The notes under the pieces are model-generated. The model was not told the origin of the DNA, made no database searches, and worked only from the letters and a program-made list of their open reading frames with translations. From contig CAYXAN010000001.1 in NCBI GenBank assembly GCA_964461705.1, forward strand, positions 1 through 32,523: a DNA stretch of 32,523 nt, in the 5' to 3' direction. The stretch is from an uncultured Sarcina sp. (GTDB lineage: Bacteria; Bacillota; Clostridia; Lachnospirales; Lachnospiraceae). The stretch's first letter is position 1, and each line of letters opens with the position of its first letter. The translations under genes were made by a program, and so were the position numbers. Below are positions 1-8,245 of the stretch, in pieces.

Positions 1-2
1 GT

Positions 3-677
3 ATGCGGATACTGATTGCGGAGGATGAGGTCAGCATTGCCAGAGCGCTGAAGGTTATGCTGGAGAAAAACAAATATACGGCAGACATTGTTCACGACGG
101 GCAGACTGCCTATGATTATGCGGTCAGTACGGCCTATGATGCCCTGGTGCTGGACATCATGATGCCCGGCATGGACGGAATCACTCTCCTGGAGCGGCTT
201 CGCGGACAGGGAATTTCCACTCCGACATTATTTCTTTCGGCGAAGAGCGAGGTGGAGGATCGGATCGCAGGTCTGGACGCAGGAGCGGATGATTATCTGC
301 CCAAGCCCTTTGCCTTCGGCGAATTCCTGGCCAGGGTGCGGGCGTTGGTGCGCCGCAGCGGAGCCTATGCGGCGGATACCATCCGGGTGGGGAATACCAC
401 GCTGGACTGCGGCCGATATACAGTAAGCACGCAAATGGGGGAGGAGAGGCTCAACAACAAGGAGTATCAGCTGATGGAGCTTTTCATGCGCAGCCCGCAT
501 CAGGTTTTTTCTGCCGGTCATTTGATGGAAAAGGTTTGGGGCCTGGATTCGGAGACGGAGCAGGACGTGGTCTGGACCTATATCGGGTTTCTTCGCAGAA
601 AGCTGCGCCGCATTCATGCAGCGGTTGAGATACGGACCATCCGTGGGGCGGGATATGCACTGGAGGAGGTCAAATGA
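3..677 (+). CDS. OmpR/PhoB-family two-component response regulator
   Basis: Receiver domain (MRILIAEDE, LVLDIMMPGMDG, GLDAGADDYLPKPF) plus winged-helix C-terminus (IRTIRGAGY); ATGA overlap with the downstream kinase. Confidence 0.95.
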   Translation: MRILIAEDEVSIARALKVMLEKNKYTADIVHDGQTAYDYAVSTAYDALVLDIMMPGMDGITLLERLRGQGISTPTLFLSAKSEVEDRIAGLDAGADDYLPKPFAFGEFLARVRALVRRSGAYAADTIRVGNTTLDCGRYTVSTQMGEERLNNKEYQLMELFMRSPHQVFSAGHLMEKVWGLDSETEQDVVWTYIGFLRRKLRRIHAAVEIRTIRGAGYALEEVK

Positions 678-2029
678 TCCGCAGGATGCAATGGCGCTTC
701 ATCGGCGCAGCCATGGCGGCCATTGCCGCCGTGATGGCGGTTCTGCTGCTTGGAATCAACATCTGGAACTATCGGTCCGTGACCGGGCAGCAGGACAATA
801 TGCTGCAGCAGATCCTGACGGCGGAACAAAACGGTCAGCCGCTTCCCGGAGATGGCTCGCCGGCAGGGACTCCTGCCGTGTCCGAAACCGACGGGCAGGA
901 TGCGCAGGAACAGGATACACAAGGGCAGGACGCGCAGGTGCAGGATGCGCAGGAACAGGGCCGTTCGGAGGGAAATTTTCAGGGCAGCAGGGACCGGTTT
1001 TCGCCGGAGGTGCAGTACATGCTGCGTTTTTTCTCGGTTTGCTATGACGGGAGCGGAACGGTGACGCAGGTGAACAACACCTTTATTGCCTCCATTAATG
1101 AGGAGGAGGCGGTAAAATATGCGGACAGGGTGCGGGCAAAGGGAAAGATCAAGGGGTATTATGACGGCTATCGCTATCTGGTGACGGCGATGGAGCCGTC
1201 GAAGGGAGAAGACTCCGAAACCGTGGTGATTCTCCTCAACTCCGAGAAGGAGCTGCACAGCATCTCCTCGATCCTTCTGATCACCTCCGCCATTGCCTTG
1301 GCCTGCATGCTGGTGGTGTTTGTCCTGGTGGTGCTGCTGTCCAAACGGGCGATTCTTCCCTATCTTCGCAATATTGAAATCCAGAAGCAGTTTATCACCA
1401 ATGCGGGACACGAGCTGAAGACGCCGCTGACGGCCATTTCCACCAGCGCGGATGTGCTGGCGATGGAATATGAGGAGAATGAGTGGGTACAGAACATCCG
1501 GCAGCAGTCTGCAAGGATGACGAAGCTGATTGCCGCACTGGTGACCCTGTCGCGGCTGGACGAGGAAAACCCCTTTCCGGAGCAGCAGGAATTTTCCCTC
1601 AGCGATGCTGTCTGGGAGGCGTCGGAGTCCTTTGTTTCCCTGGCCAGAGCCAGAGGCAAGGACTTCATCCGCGAAATCGCTGACGGAGTACAGGTGACAG
1701 GGGATGCCGTGGCCATCCAGCAGATGGTCTCCATTTTGCTGGACAACGCGCTCAAATATTCCTCCCCGGGCGGATCCATTGCTCTGTGCCTTACGCAAAG
1801 GGGAAAAAGGGCAGAGCTTGCGGTATCCAACACCTGCAGCCTAGAGGATAAGCCGGAGGTGTCCCGGCTGTTCGATCGGTTCTATCGGGGGGACGGCGCA
1901 CATTCCGATAAGGTGGGAGGGACAGGGATTGGGCTGTCCATCGCGAAGGCAACGGCCGAGGCCCACGGCGGGAGCATTCAGGCCGCCTGGGATCCGCAGG
2001 GCGTCATCACCTTCCGCGTCCTGCTGTAG
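674..2029 (+). CDS. Membrane sensor histidine kinase (HisKA + HATPase_c)
   Basis: Two TM segments, H-box FITNAGHELKTPL, N-box ILLDNALKY, F-box LFDRFYR, G2-box GGTGIGLSIAK. Confidence 0.95.
   Translation: MIRRMQWRFIGAAMAAIAAVMAVLLLGINIWNYRSVTGQQDNMLQQILTAEQNGQPLPGDGSPAGTPAVSETDGQDAQEQDTQGQDAQVQDAQEQGRSEGNFQGSRDRFSPEVQYMLRFFSVCYDGSGTVTQVNNTFIASINEEEAVKYADRVRAKGKIKGYYDGYRYLVTAMEPSKGEDSETVVILLNSEKELHSISSILLITSAIALACMLVVFVLVVLLSKRAILPYLRNIEIQKQFITNAGHELKTPLTAISTSADVLAMEYEENEWVQNIRQQSARMTKLIAALVTLSRLDEENPFPEQQEFSLSDAVWEASESFVSLARARGKDFIREIADGVQVTGDAVAIQQMVSILLDNALKYSSPGGSIALCLTQRGKRAELAVSNTCSLEDKPEVSRLFDRFYRGDGAHSDKVGGTGIGLSIAKATAEAHGGSIQAAWDPQGVITFRVLL
896..958 (+). repeat. In-frame 15-bp tandem repeat (4 units; QDAQE/QDTQG/QDAQV/QDAQE) in the kinase sensor region
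   Basis: caggatgcgcaggaa caggatacacaaggg caggacgcgcaggtg caggatgcgcaggaa cag read directly. Confidence 0.9.
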
Positions 2030-2033
2030 GGAA

Positions 2034-2065
2034 GGTTCAGCACCTGTCCATTTCAATCGTGAATC
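2034..2065. repeat. Truncated copy of the left end of the cloverleaf element at 17533-17680
   Basis: ggttcagcacctgtccatttcaatcgtgaatc vs ggttcagcacctgccgatttcaatcataaatc (17534-17565): 28/32 identical by hand alignment. Confidence 0.8.
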
Positions 2066-2071
2066 CGGCGG

Positions 2072-2097
2072 GGGAAACGCTTTCATCAGCGTTTCCC
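2072..2097. repeat. Intergenic hairpin repeat, copy 1 (GGAAACGCT-TTCATC-AGCGTTTCC)
   Basis: 10-bp stem gggaaacgct/agcgtttccc; the 24-nt core (2073-2096) is identical to 27447-27470. Confidence 0.85.
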
Positions 2098-2136
2098 TAA
2101 ACGAAAATTTCAGATGACGACGAAGAGAGGAGCATT

Positions 2137-3399
2137 ATGACCACAATGACCGTACAGGACTACCGCGATTACGATACCGTCTCCGAAGAATCCCTGGTAA
2201 GCGGCGCGACCGCTGTGATCCGCAGACGGGAGGCCAGGGAATACAAGGCGGGAGGAGCCTGGATTTATGATAACGAGATCGACCGGGTCGTCGGCGATTT
2301 TCAGAACGGAGATCTTCTGAGGGTGGAGGATTTTGACGGGTACTTTCTGGGCTACGGCTTTATCAACACCCGCTCCACCATTCGCATCCGCATGATGTCC
2401 AGAAGGGAGGCTCACGTGATCACACCGGCCTTTCTGAAAGCCAGGGTACAGGCGGCCTGGGATTACCGGAAGGCGGTGGTGGACACCTCCTCCTGCCGGG
2501 TGATTTTCGGCGAGGCGGATTTCCTGCCGGGGCTGACCGTGGACAAGTACGAGGACATTCTGGTGGCGGAGTCCTTAGCGCTTGGCATGGAAAAGCTCAA
2601 AACCGTTGTCCTTGCCGGGCTGGTGCAGGTGCTGGAGGCGGACGGCATCCGTATCCGCGGCATTTACGAAAGAAGCGATGCCAAGGTTCGCGAAAAGGAA
2701 GGACTGGAGCGCTGGAGCGGCTTTCTGACGGAGGAATTTGACACCGACGTGCCCATCACGGAGAACGGCGTCCGATATATCGTGGACGTGAAGGACGGTC
2801 AGAAGACCGGCTTCTTTCTGGATCAGAAGCTGAACCGAAAGGCCATCTGGCCTGTTTGCCGGGGCGCAAAGGTGCTGGACTGCTTCACGCATACCGGCTC
2901 CTTTGGACTGAACGCCGCGGCAGCAGGGGCAGCGCACGTGACCTCCATCGATGCCTCGGAGCTGGCCATACAGCAGGCGAGAGAAAACGCACGGCTCAAC
3001 GGCTTTGAGGACCGCATCGATGATGTGGTGGGAGATGTCTTCGACTTTCTTCCGGCACAGCGGGAGGCGGGAAAGCAGTATGACGTAGTCATTCTGGATC
3101 CGCCGGCCTTTACCAAATCCCGCAGCTCCGTCAAGGCGGCGACCACAGGATACCGGGAGATCAACCGGCAGGGCCTGCTGCTGGTGAAGGACGGAGGATA
3201 TCTGGCCACCTGCTCCTGCTCGCATTTCATGACGGCGGAGCTGTTCCGACAGGCCATCGCGCAGGCGGCGAAGGATGCACATAAGCGGCTGCGGCAGGTG
3301 GAATTTCGTCAGCAGAGCCCGGATCACCCCATCCTGTGGGCGAACGATGCCTCCTATTACCTCAAGTTCTATATCTTCCAGGTCGTAGACGAGAAGTAG
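2137..3399 (+). CDS. rlmI: Class I SAM-dependent rRNA methyltransferase, RlmI/YccW (23S m5C1962)-like
   Basis: PUA-like N-terminus (WIYDNEI), GEADFLPGLTVD, GQKTGFFLDQK, VLDCFTHTGSFG, VILDPPAF, LATCSCS; RBS agaggag upstream. Confidence 0.85.
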   Translation: MTTMTVQDYRDYDTVSEESLVSGATAVIRRREAREYKAGGAWIYDNEIDRVVGDFQNGDLLRVEDFDGYFLGYGFINTRSTIRIRMMSRREAHVITPAFLKARVQAAWDYRKAVVDTSSCRVIFGEADFLPGLTVDKYEDILVAESLALGMEKLKTVVLAGLVQVLEADGIRIRGIYERSDAKVREKEGLERWSGFLTEEFDTDVPITENGVRYIVDVKDGQKTGFFLDQKLNRKAIWPVCRGAKVLDCFTHTGSFGLNAAAAGAAHVTSIDASELAIQQARENARLNGFEDRIDDVVGDVFDFLPAQREAGKQYDVVILDPPAFTKSRSSVKAATTGYREINRQGLLLVKDGGYLATCSCSHFMTAELFRQAIAQAAKDAHKRLRQVEFRQQSPDHPILWANDASYYLKFYIFQVVDEK

Positions 3400-3490
3400 C
3401 GCCGGAAGAGAAAGTGCGGCGACACCTCCGCCGGGATCCGTCGCCGGATAAAATCAATCGGCAGGATCGGCAGACCGCCGGAATCGACGT

Positions 3491-3518
3491 TTCCCAAACC
3501 GGATAAACAGAGTACAAT
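3491..3518 (+). promoter_or_regulatory. Possible sigma-A promoter for degV-galK
   Basis: ttccca (3491-3496), 16-bp spacer, tacaat (3513-3518), ~40 bp upstream of the DegV start. Confidence 0.35.
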
Positions 3519-3560
3519 GACTACAGCAGTTTACGTACAGCAAAGAGGAATGAGGACAGA

Positions 3561-4427
3561 ATGAATCAGCAGAAGACAGCAATACTCATAGATTCCGGCT
3601 GCGATATTCCGGCAAGGCTTCGGGAACGATACGGACTCGAGATCCTGCCGCTTCGTGTGATCTATCCGGAGAAGGATTATCAGGATGATGTAGATATCAA
3701 TCCCACCATGATTTATCAGCGGTTCCCGGATGAGATCCCGACCACCTCCACGCCTTCGGTTGCGGAGGTGCATGACAAGCTGGATGAGCTGCGGGACAAG
3801 GGGTACGAAAATGTGATTGCGGTCACGATCTCCAGCAACCTTTCCGGAACCTACAATACCGTCCGCCTGGTGGCCTCGGAATACGAGGACATGAAGGTTT
3901 TCGTCTTCGATACCAGATGCATCTCCAGCGGCAGCGGGCTTTACGCCATCTGGGCCTCTGTCCGCCTGCAGCGGGGCGATTCCTTTGAGGAGCTGTGCCG
4001 GAAGCTTCCGGAAAAACGGGGAGATGCGCAGGTTTTCTTTTATATGGACACGCTCAGATACCTGCAGAAGGGCGGCCGCATCGGCCGTGTCGCGGGTACC
4101 ATCGGCGAGGCTCTGAAGCTCAAGCCCATCATTTCCTGCGACGAAAACGGGATTTATTACACGGTGGCGAAGATTCGCGGAGCCAGGATGGGAAAGCTTC
4201 GGCTGGCGGAAGAGGTGATCAAATACAGCTTCGGGCACAAGACCTGGATGCTGGTCAAGGAGGGCGATGCCCATGAGGAGGCTCTGGCCATGCGGGAGCT
4301 TCTGGAAAATCACGAGAAGCTGGTGGAGAAGCAGATTCTTTCCATCGATCAGATCACAGCCACATTGGCCATCAATACCGGCCCCGGGCTGGTGGGAGTT
4401 GCCGTGCTTCGGGATCCGGAGGAATAG
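3561..4427 (+). CDS. DegV family fatty-acid-binding protein
   Basis: ILIDSGCDI, PTTSTPS, ISSNLSGTY, YLQKGGRIG, LKLKPII, INTGPGLVG motifs. Confidence 0.93.
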   Translation: MNQQKTAILIDSGCDIPARLRERYGLEILPLRVIYPEKDYQDDVDINPTMIYQRFPDEIPTTSTPSVAEVHDKLDELRDKGYENVIAVTISSNLSGTYNTVRLVASEYEDMKVFVFDTRCISSGSGLYAIWASVRLQRGDSFEELCRKLPEKRGDAQVFFYMDTLRYLQKGGRIGRVAGTIGEALKLKPIISCDENGIYYTVAKIRGARMGKLRLAEEVIKYSFGHKTWMLVKEGDAHEEALAMRELLENHEKLVEKQILSIDQITATLAINTGPGLVGVAVLRDPEE

Positions 4428-4448
4428 ACACACGGCATACAGAGTCAG

Positions 4449-4512
4449 GTATGGGAGCGGCACAGGAGAGGCCGTGACAGGGACATGTATGGAAGCGGCA
4501 CAGGAGAAGCCG
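4449..4512 (+). repeat. 26-bp imperfect direct repeat (38-bp period) upstream of galK
   Basis: gtatgggagcggcacaggagaggccg (4449-4474) vs gtatggaagcggcacaggagaagccg (4487-4512), 2 mismatches. Confidence 0.85.
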
Positions 4513-4523
4513 ACGGAGGATTT

Positions 4524-5699
4524 ATGACACAGAAGGAAACGGTACTGCAGGCATTTGAAAAGGCTTTCGGAGACACGAAGGATGTGCGTCTGTTTTATGC
4601 GCCGGGGCGCGTGAACCTCATCGGCGAGCATACGGATTACAACGGCGGACATGTCTTTCCCTGTGCCATCAGCCTTGGAACCTATGCGGCAGCCAGAAAG
4701 CGGGATGACCGTGTCATGCGCTTTTATTCGGCCAATTTCGAGCAGGCCGGCGTCATCACCACGTCGCTGGATGAGCTGACACCGTCACAGGAGGCAGGCT
4801 GGACCAACTATCCCAAGGGGGTTGTCTGGGCCTTCGGACAAAAAGGGCATCCCGTTTCAACCGGCTTTGATATGGCAATTTACGGAGATATTCCGAACGG
4901 CTCCGGGCTTTCCTCCTCCGCATCGCTGGAGGTGCTGACGGGCGAGATGCTGCGGGCCTTTTTCGGTCTGGAGGGTACGGTGAGCAACGAGGAGCTGGCG
5001 CTCATCGGCCAGTTCTCGGAAAATGAGTACAACGGCATGAAGTGCGGCATCATGGATCAGTTTGCCTCTGCCATGGGCAAGGAGGGCAACGCCATTTTCC
5101 TTGATACCAACACGCTGGAGTTCGAGTACGCACCCATCCGGCTGCAGGGAATGAAGCTGATGGTTACCAACACCAACAAGAAGCACAGCCTGGTGGATTC
5201 CGAATACAATCTTCGCAGGGAGCAGTGTGCGAGGGCGCTGACGGATCTGCAGACGAAGCTGGAGATCAGAACCCTGGGGGATCTCTCCATTGAGGAATAT
5301 GAGGCGAATAAGGACCTGATTCAGGATGCGGTGTGCCGCCGCCGTGCAAAGCACGCCGTTTATGAAAATCAGAGGACCATCGAGGCCGTGGCGGCCTTGA
5401 AGGAGGGAAAGGTGGAGCACTTCGGCAGGCTCATGAACGAGTCTCACGTATCCCTGCGGGATGACTACGAGACCTCCTGCAAGGAGGCGGATATCCTGGC
5501 CGAGGAGGCCTGGAAGCTCCCCGGCGTTCTTGGCTCGCGCATCACAGGAGGCGGCTTTGGCGGCTGCACCGTCAGCATCGTGAAGGATGAGGAGGTTGAG
5601 CGGTTTCGAAAGACGCTGGGCGATGTCTATCTGCAGAAGGTGGGCTACCCGGCCTCCTTCTACACGCTGGAGATCGGCGGCGGTCCGAGGGAACTGTAG
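4524..5699 (+). CDS. galK: Galactokinase
   Basis: Signature APGRVNLIGEHTDYNGG, GHMP motif PNGSGLSSSA, CGIMDQF, GSRITGGGFGGC; start placed at ATG 4524 after RBS ggagga (ORF track starts at 4485). Confidence 0.96.
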   Translation: MTQKETVLQAFEKAFGDTKDVRLFYAPGRVNLIGEHTDYNGGHVFPCAISLGTYAAARKRDDRVMRFYSANFEQAGVITTSLDELTPSQEAGWTNYPKGVVWAFGQKGHPVSTGFDMAIYGDIPNGSGLSSSASLEVLTGEMLRAFFGLEGTVSNEELALIGQFSENEYNGMKCGIMDQFASAMGKEGNAIFLDTNTLEFEYAPIRLQGMKLMVTNTNKKHSLVDSEYNLRREQCARALTDLQTKLEIRTLGDLSIEEYEANKDLIQDAVCRRRAKHAVYENQRTIEAVAALKEGKVEHFGRLMNESHVSLRDDYETSCKEADILAEEAWKLPGVLGSRITGGGFGGCTVSIVKDEEVERFRKTLGDVYLQKVGYPASFYTLEIGGGPREL

Positions 5700-5803
5700 A
5701 AAGGATCATAGGAGCAGCAAAAGAAGGGCCGCTGCGATGCATGAGCTGTGGAATCTGAAGACACCTGCACAGATCATGCGGCGCAGCAGGGAGGCAGAAC
5801 ACG

Positions 5804-6736
5804 ATGGAGTTGTTTACGGCAATCGTTCCCTGCTACAACGAGGAGGAGAACGTTGAATATTTCTATCAGGAATTCATCAAAAATGAACCGTTCTTCAGGG
5901 AGCACGAGCTCGGGTTTGAGCTGCTGTATGTGGATGACGGCTCCGCGGATCAGACGGTTTCCCGGGTGAAGTCCCTGCGGGAGAGGGATTCGAGGGTTCA
6001 TTTGATCTCCTTTTCCCGCAATTTCGGTAAGGAGGCAGCCATATATGCCGGACTTGAGCATGCGAAGGGGGATTATGTTGCTGTCATGGATGCGGACCTG
6101 CAGGATCCGCCGTCACTTCTCCCGGAGATGTTCGGCTTTTTGTGGGACGGCTTTGATCAGGCGGCAACGCGAAGGGTGACCAGAAAGGGTGAGCCGCCGA
6201 TCCGATCCTTTTTCGCGCGGCGGTTTTACCGGCTGATCAACCGGTTTTCCAAGACAGAGATCGTAGACGGCGCCCGGGACTTTCGGCTGATGAAGCGCTG
6301 CGTGGTGGCCGCGATCCTGTCCGTGAAGGAATACAACCGCTTTTCCAAGGGGATTTTTGAGTGGGTCGGCTTCCGCACGCACTGGATTGAATTTGAAAAC
6401 GTGGAGCGCAAGTACGGCGAAACCAAGTGGTCCTTCTGGAAGCTGTTTGTCTATGCACTGGACGGTATTGTGGCCTATTCCACCGTGCCGCTTGCGATGG
6501 CGGCTCTGGCGGGCGTGGCCTTCTGCATCATTGCCTTCCTGATGATCCTTTTTGTCATTGCACGCAAGCTCCTGATGGGAGATCCCACAAGCGGCTGGGC
6601 GAGTCTGGTGTGCATCATCCTTATGGTGAGCGGCATCCAGCTGCTGTGCCTTGGCGTCATCGGGCAGTATCTGTCCAAGACGTATCTGGAGGTCAAGGAG
6701 CGCCCGATTTATCTGGCAAGGGAAATCCTGGAATAA
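5804..6736 (+). CDS. GT2 glycosyltransferase, GtrB/polyprenol-phosphate glycosyltransferase-like
   Basis: IVPCYNEEEN, VDDGSAD, FSRNFGKEAA, MDADLQDPP, two C-terminal TM helices, YLEVKERPIY. Confidence 0.92.
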   Translation: MELFTAIVPCYNEEENVEYFYQEFIKNEPFFREHELGFELLYVDDGSADQTVSRVKSLRERDSRVHLISFSRNFGKEAAIYAGLEHAKGDYVAVMDADLQDPPSLLPEMFGFLWDGFDQAATRRVTRKGEPPIRSFFARRFYRLINRFSKTEIVDGARDFRLMKRCVVAAILSVKEYNRFSKGIFEWVGFRTHWIEFENVERKYGETKWSFWKLFVYALDGIVAYSTVPLAMAALAGVAFCIIAFLMILFVIARKLLMGDPTSGWASLVCIILMVSGIQLLCLGVIGQYLSKTYLEVKERPIYLAREILE

Positions 6737-6793
6737 AGGTACGGAACATCATCCCGCACAGGCGGGAGGGGATATGGCGGAGTAAAAAGATTT

Positions 6794-8245
6794 ATGGATT
6801 CTAAGGCGAAGAGAAGACAGTCCCTGCGTCGGGTGGCAGCACTGGAGATGCCGCTGATGGGACTTCTGATGCAAACCCTGATCTATGCCTGGCTTTGGTT
6901 TAATGTCTATTATCCACTGGTGCGGCTGCGGCTGAAATTCTATCGGAACGGTCACATCCTGGTGCTGCTGCTGTATTTTGCGCTGCTGCTGTTTCTGACG
7001 AAGACCTACGGCGGCATGGACGTGGGCTACCAGAAGCCCTTTGACGTCAGCCTGTCACAGATTTTTGCGCTGCTGATGGTGAATGTGTTCACCTACCTGC
7101 AGGATTCCCTGCTGCGCAACTGGATGCTGCCGATGGGGGAGGCCGTGCTGGTGACCCTGGTACAGATCGGATTTGCAGTTTTGTGGATTCGGATTTCCGA
7201 CCGCGTGTATCATCGGATTTTTCCGCCGACGAAGCTGCTGCTGGTTCACGGGACCAGATCCATTGATTCCATTTTGTGTAAGTTTGCCAGCAGACCGGAA
7301 AAATACACCGTGACGGACACCGTTTCCGTTGACGAGGGCCTGGATGCCGTGAAGCAGAGGATCCTGGCCTCCGGACATCGGGCGGTGGTTCTGTGGGACC
7401 TCCCGGCCACGGTCAGAAACGAGCTGATGAAGTTCTGTTATGCCAACGGCGTGCGGCAGTACATGATGCCGAAGATTCCGGATGTTCTGGTCAAGGGGTC
7501 GGTGCAGCTGCACCTGTTTGATACCCCCATTTACCTGACCAAGGAATATCCGCTGAATGTCACGGAGCGTTTTTTCAAGAGAGCCATTGACATTGTCTGT
7601 GCGCTGATTCTTCTGGTGCTGACATCGCCCTTCTTTCTGGTCACGGCAATTCTCATTAAGTGCTATGACCATGGCCCGGTGTTCTACCGGCAGGTGCGCT
7701 GCACGCTGAACCAGAAGGAATTTGAGATCATCAAATTCCGCAGCATGAGGGTGGACGCCGAAAAGGACGGCGTGGCAAGGCTGGCCTCCGAGCATGACGA
7801 CCGCATTACGCCCATCGGGCATTTCATCCGCAAGGTCCGGATCGATGAGCTGCCGCAGCTGATCAACATCCTGAAGGGGGAGATGTCCTTTATCGGTCCC
7901 AGACCCGAGCGGCCCGAGATCATTGCCCAGTATGTACAGGAGATGCCGGAGTTTGTATACCGGATGAAGGTGAAGGCGGGGCTTGCGGGCTACGCGCAGG
8001 TCTACGGCAAATACAACACCACACCCTATGACAAGCTGAAGCTGGATCTGACCTATATCCAGAACTACTCCATCGGACTGGATTTGAAGCTGATGCTGCT
8101 GACCTTGAAAATTCTGCTGACGCCGGAGGCAACGGAGGGTGTGGCAGAGGGACAGGTCACGGCGATGGACGGGGCAGGGAGAAAGAGCCCTTCCGGGGAA
8201 GAAATGAGGGAGCCGTCGGATTGTACGGAAGAGAACAGAGCATAG
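6794..8245 (+). CDS. Priming sugar transferase (undecaprenyl-phosphate glycosylphosphotransferase, CpsE/WcaJ-like)
   Basis: N-terminal TM helices; C-terminal bacterial sugar transferase domain (KRAIDIV, KFRSM, DDRITPIGHFIRKVRIDELPQLINILKGEMSFIGPRPERP). Confidence 0.93.
   Translation: MDSKAKRRQSLRRVAALEMPLMGLLMQTLIYAWLWFNVYYPLVRLRLKFYRNGHILVLLLYFALLLFLTKTYGGMDVGYQKPFDVSLSQIFALLMVNVFTYLQDSLLRNWMLPMGEAVLVTLVQIGFAVLWIRISDRVYHRIFPPTKLLLVHGTRSIDSILCKFASRPEKYTVTDTVSVDEGLDAVKQRILASGHRAVVLWDLPATVRNELMKFCYANGVRQYMMPKIPDVLVKGSVQLHLFDTPIYLTKEYPLNVTERFFKRAIDIVCALILLVLTSPFFLVTAILIKCYDHGPVFYRQVRCTLNQKEFEIIKFRSMRVDAEKDGVARLASEHDDRITPIGHFIRKVRIDELPQLINILKGEMSFIGPRPERPEIIAQYVQEMPEFVYRMKVKAGLAGYAQVYGKYNTTPYDKLKLDLTYIQNYSIGLDLKLMLLTLKILLTPEATEGVAEGQVTAMDGAGRKSPSGEEMREPSDCTEENRA

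Noticed and set aside
614..1798. Long antisense ORFs (e.g. 614-1798, 3531-4652, 7055-8362, 10173-11405, 16367-17407, 23797-25407, 31494-32378)
   Set aside because: Shadow frames opposite well-supported genes in GC-rich DNA; no recognisable motifs.
4449..4512. Possible mini CRISPR array
   Set aside because: Only two repeat copies with a 12-nt gap, no leader and no cas genes in the window.
6774..6785. Three-codon ORF (MAE*) with strong SD before the priming transferase
   Set aside because: Too short to distinguish from chance; out of frame with the downstream gene, which has its own weak SD.
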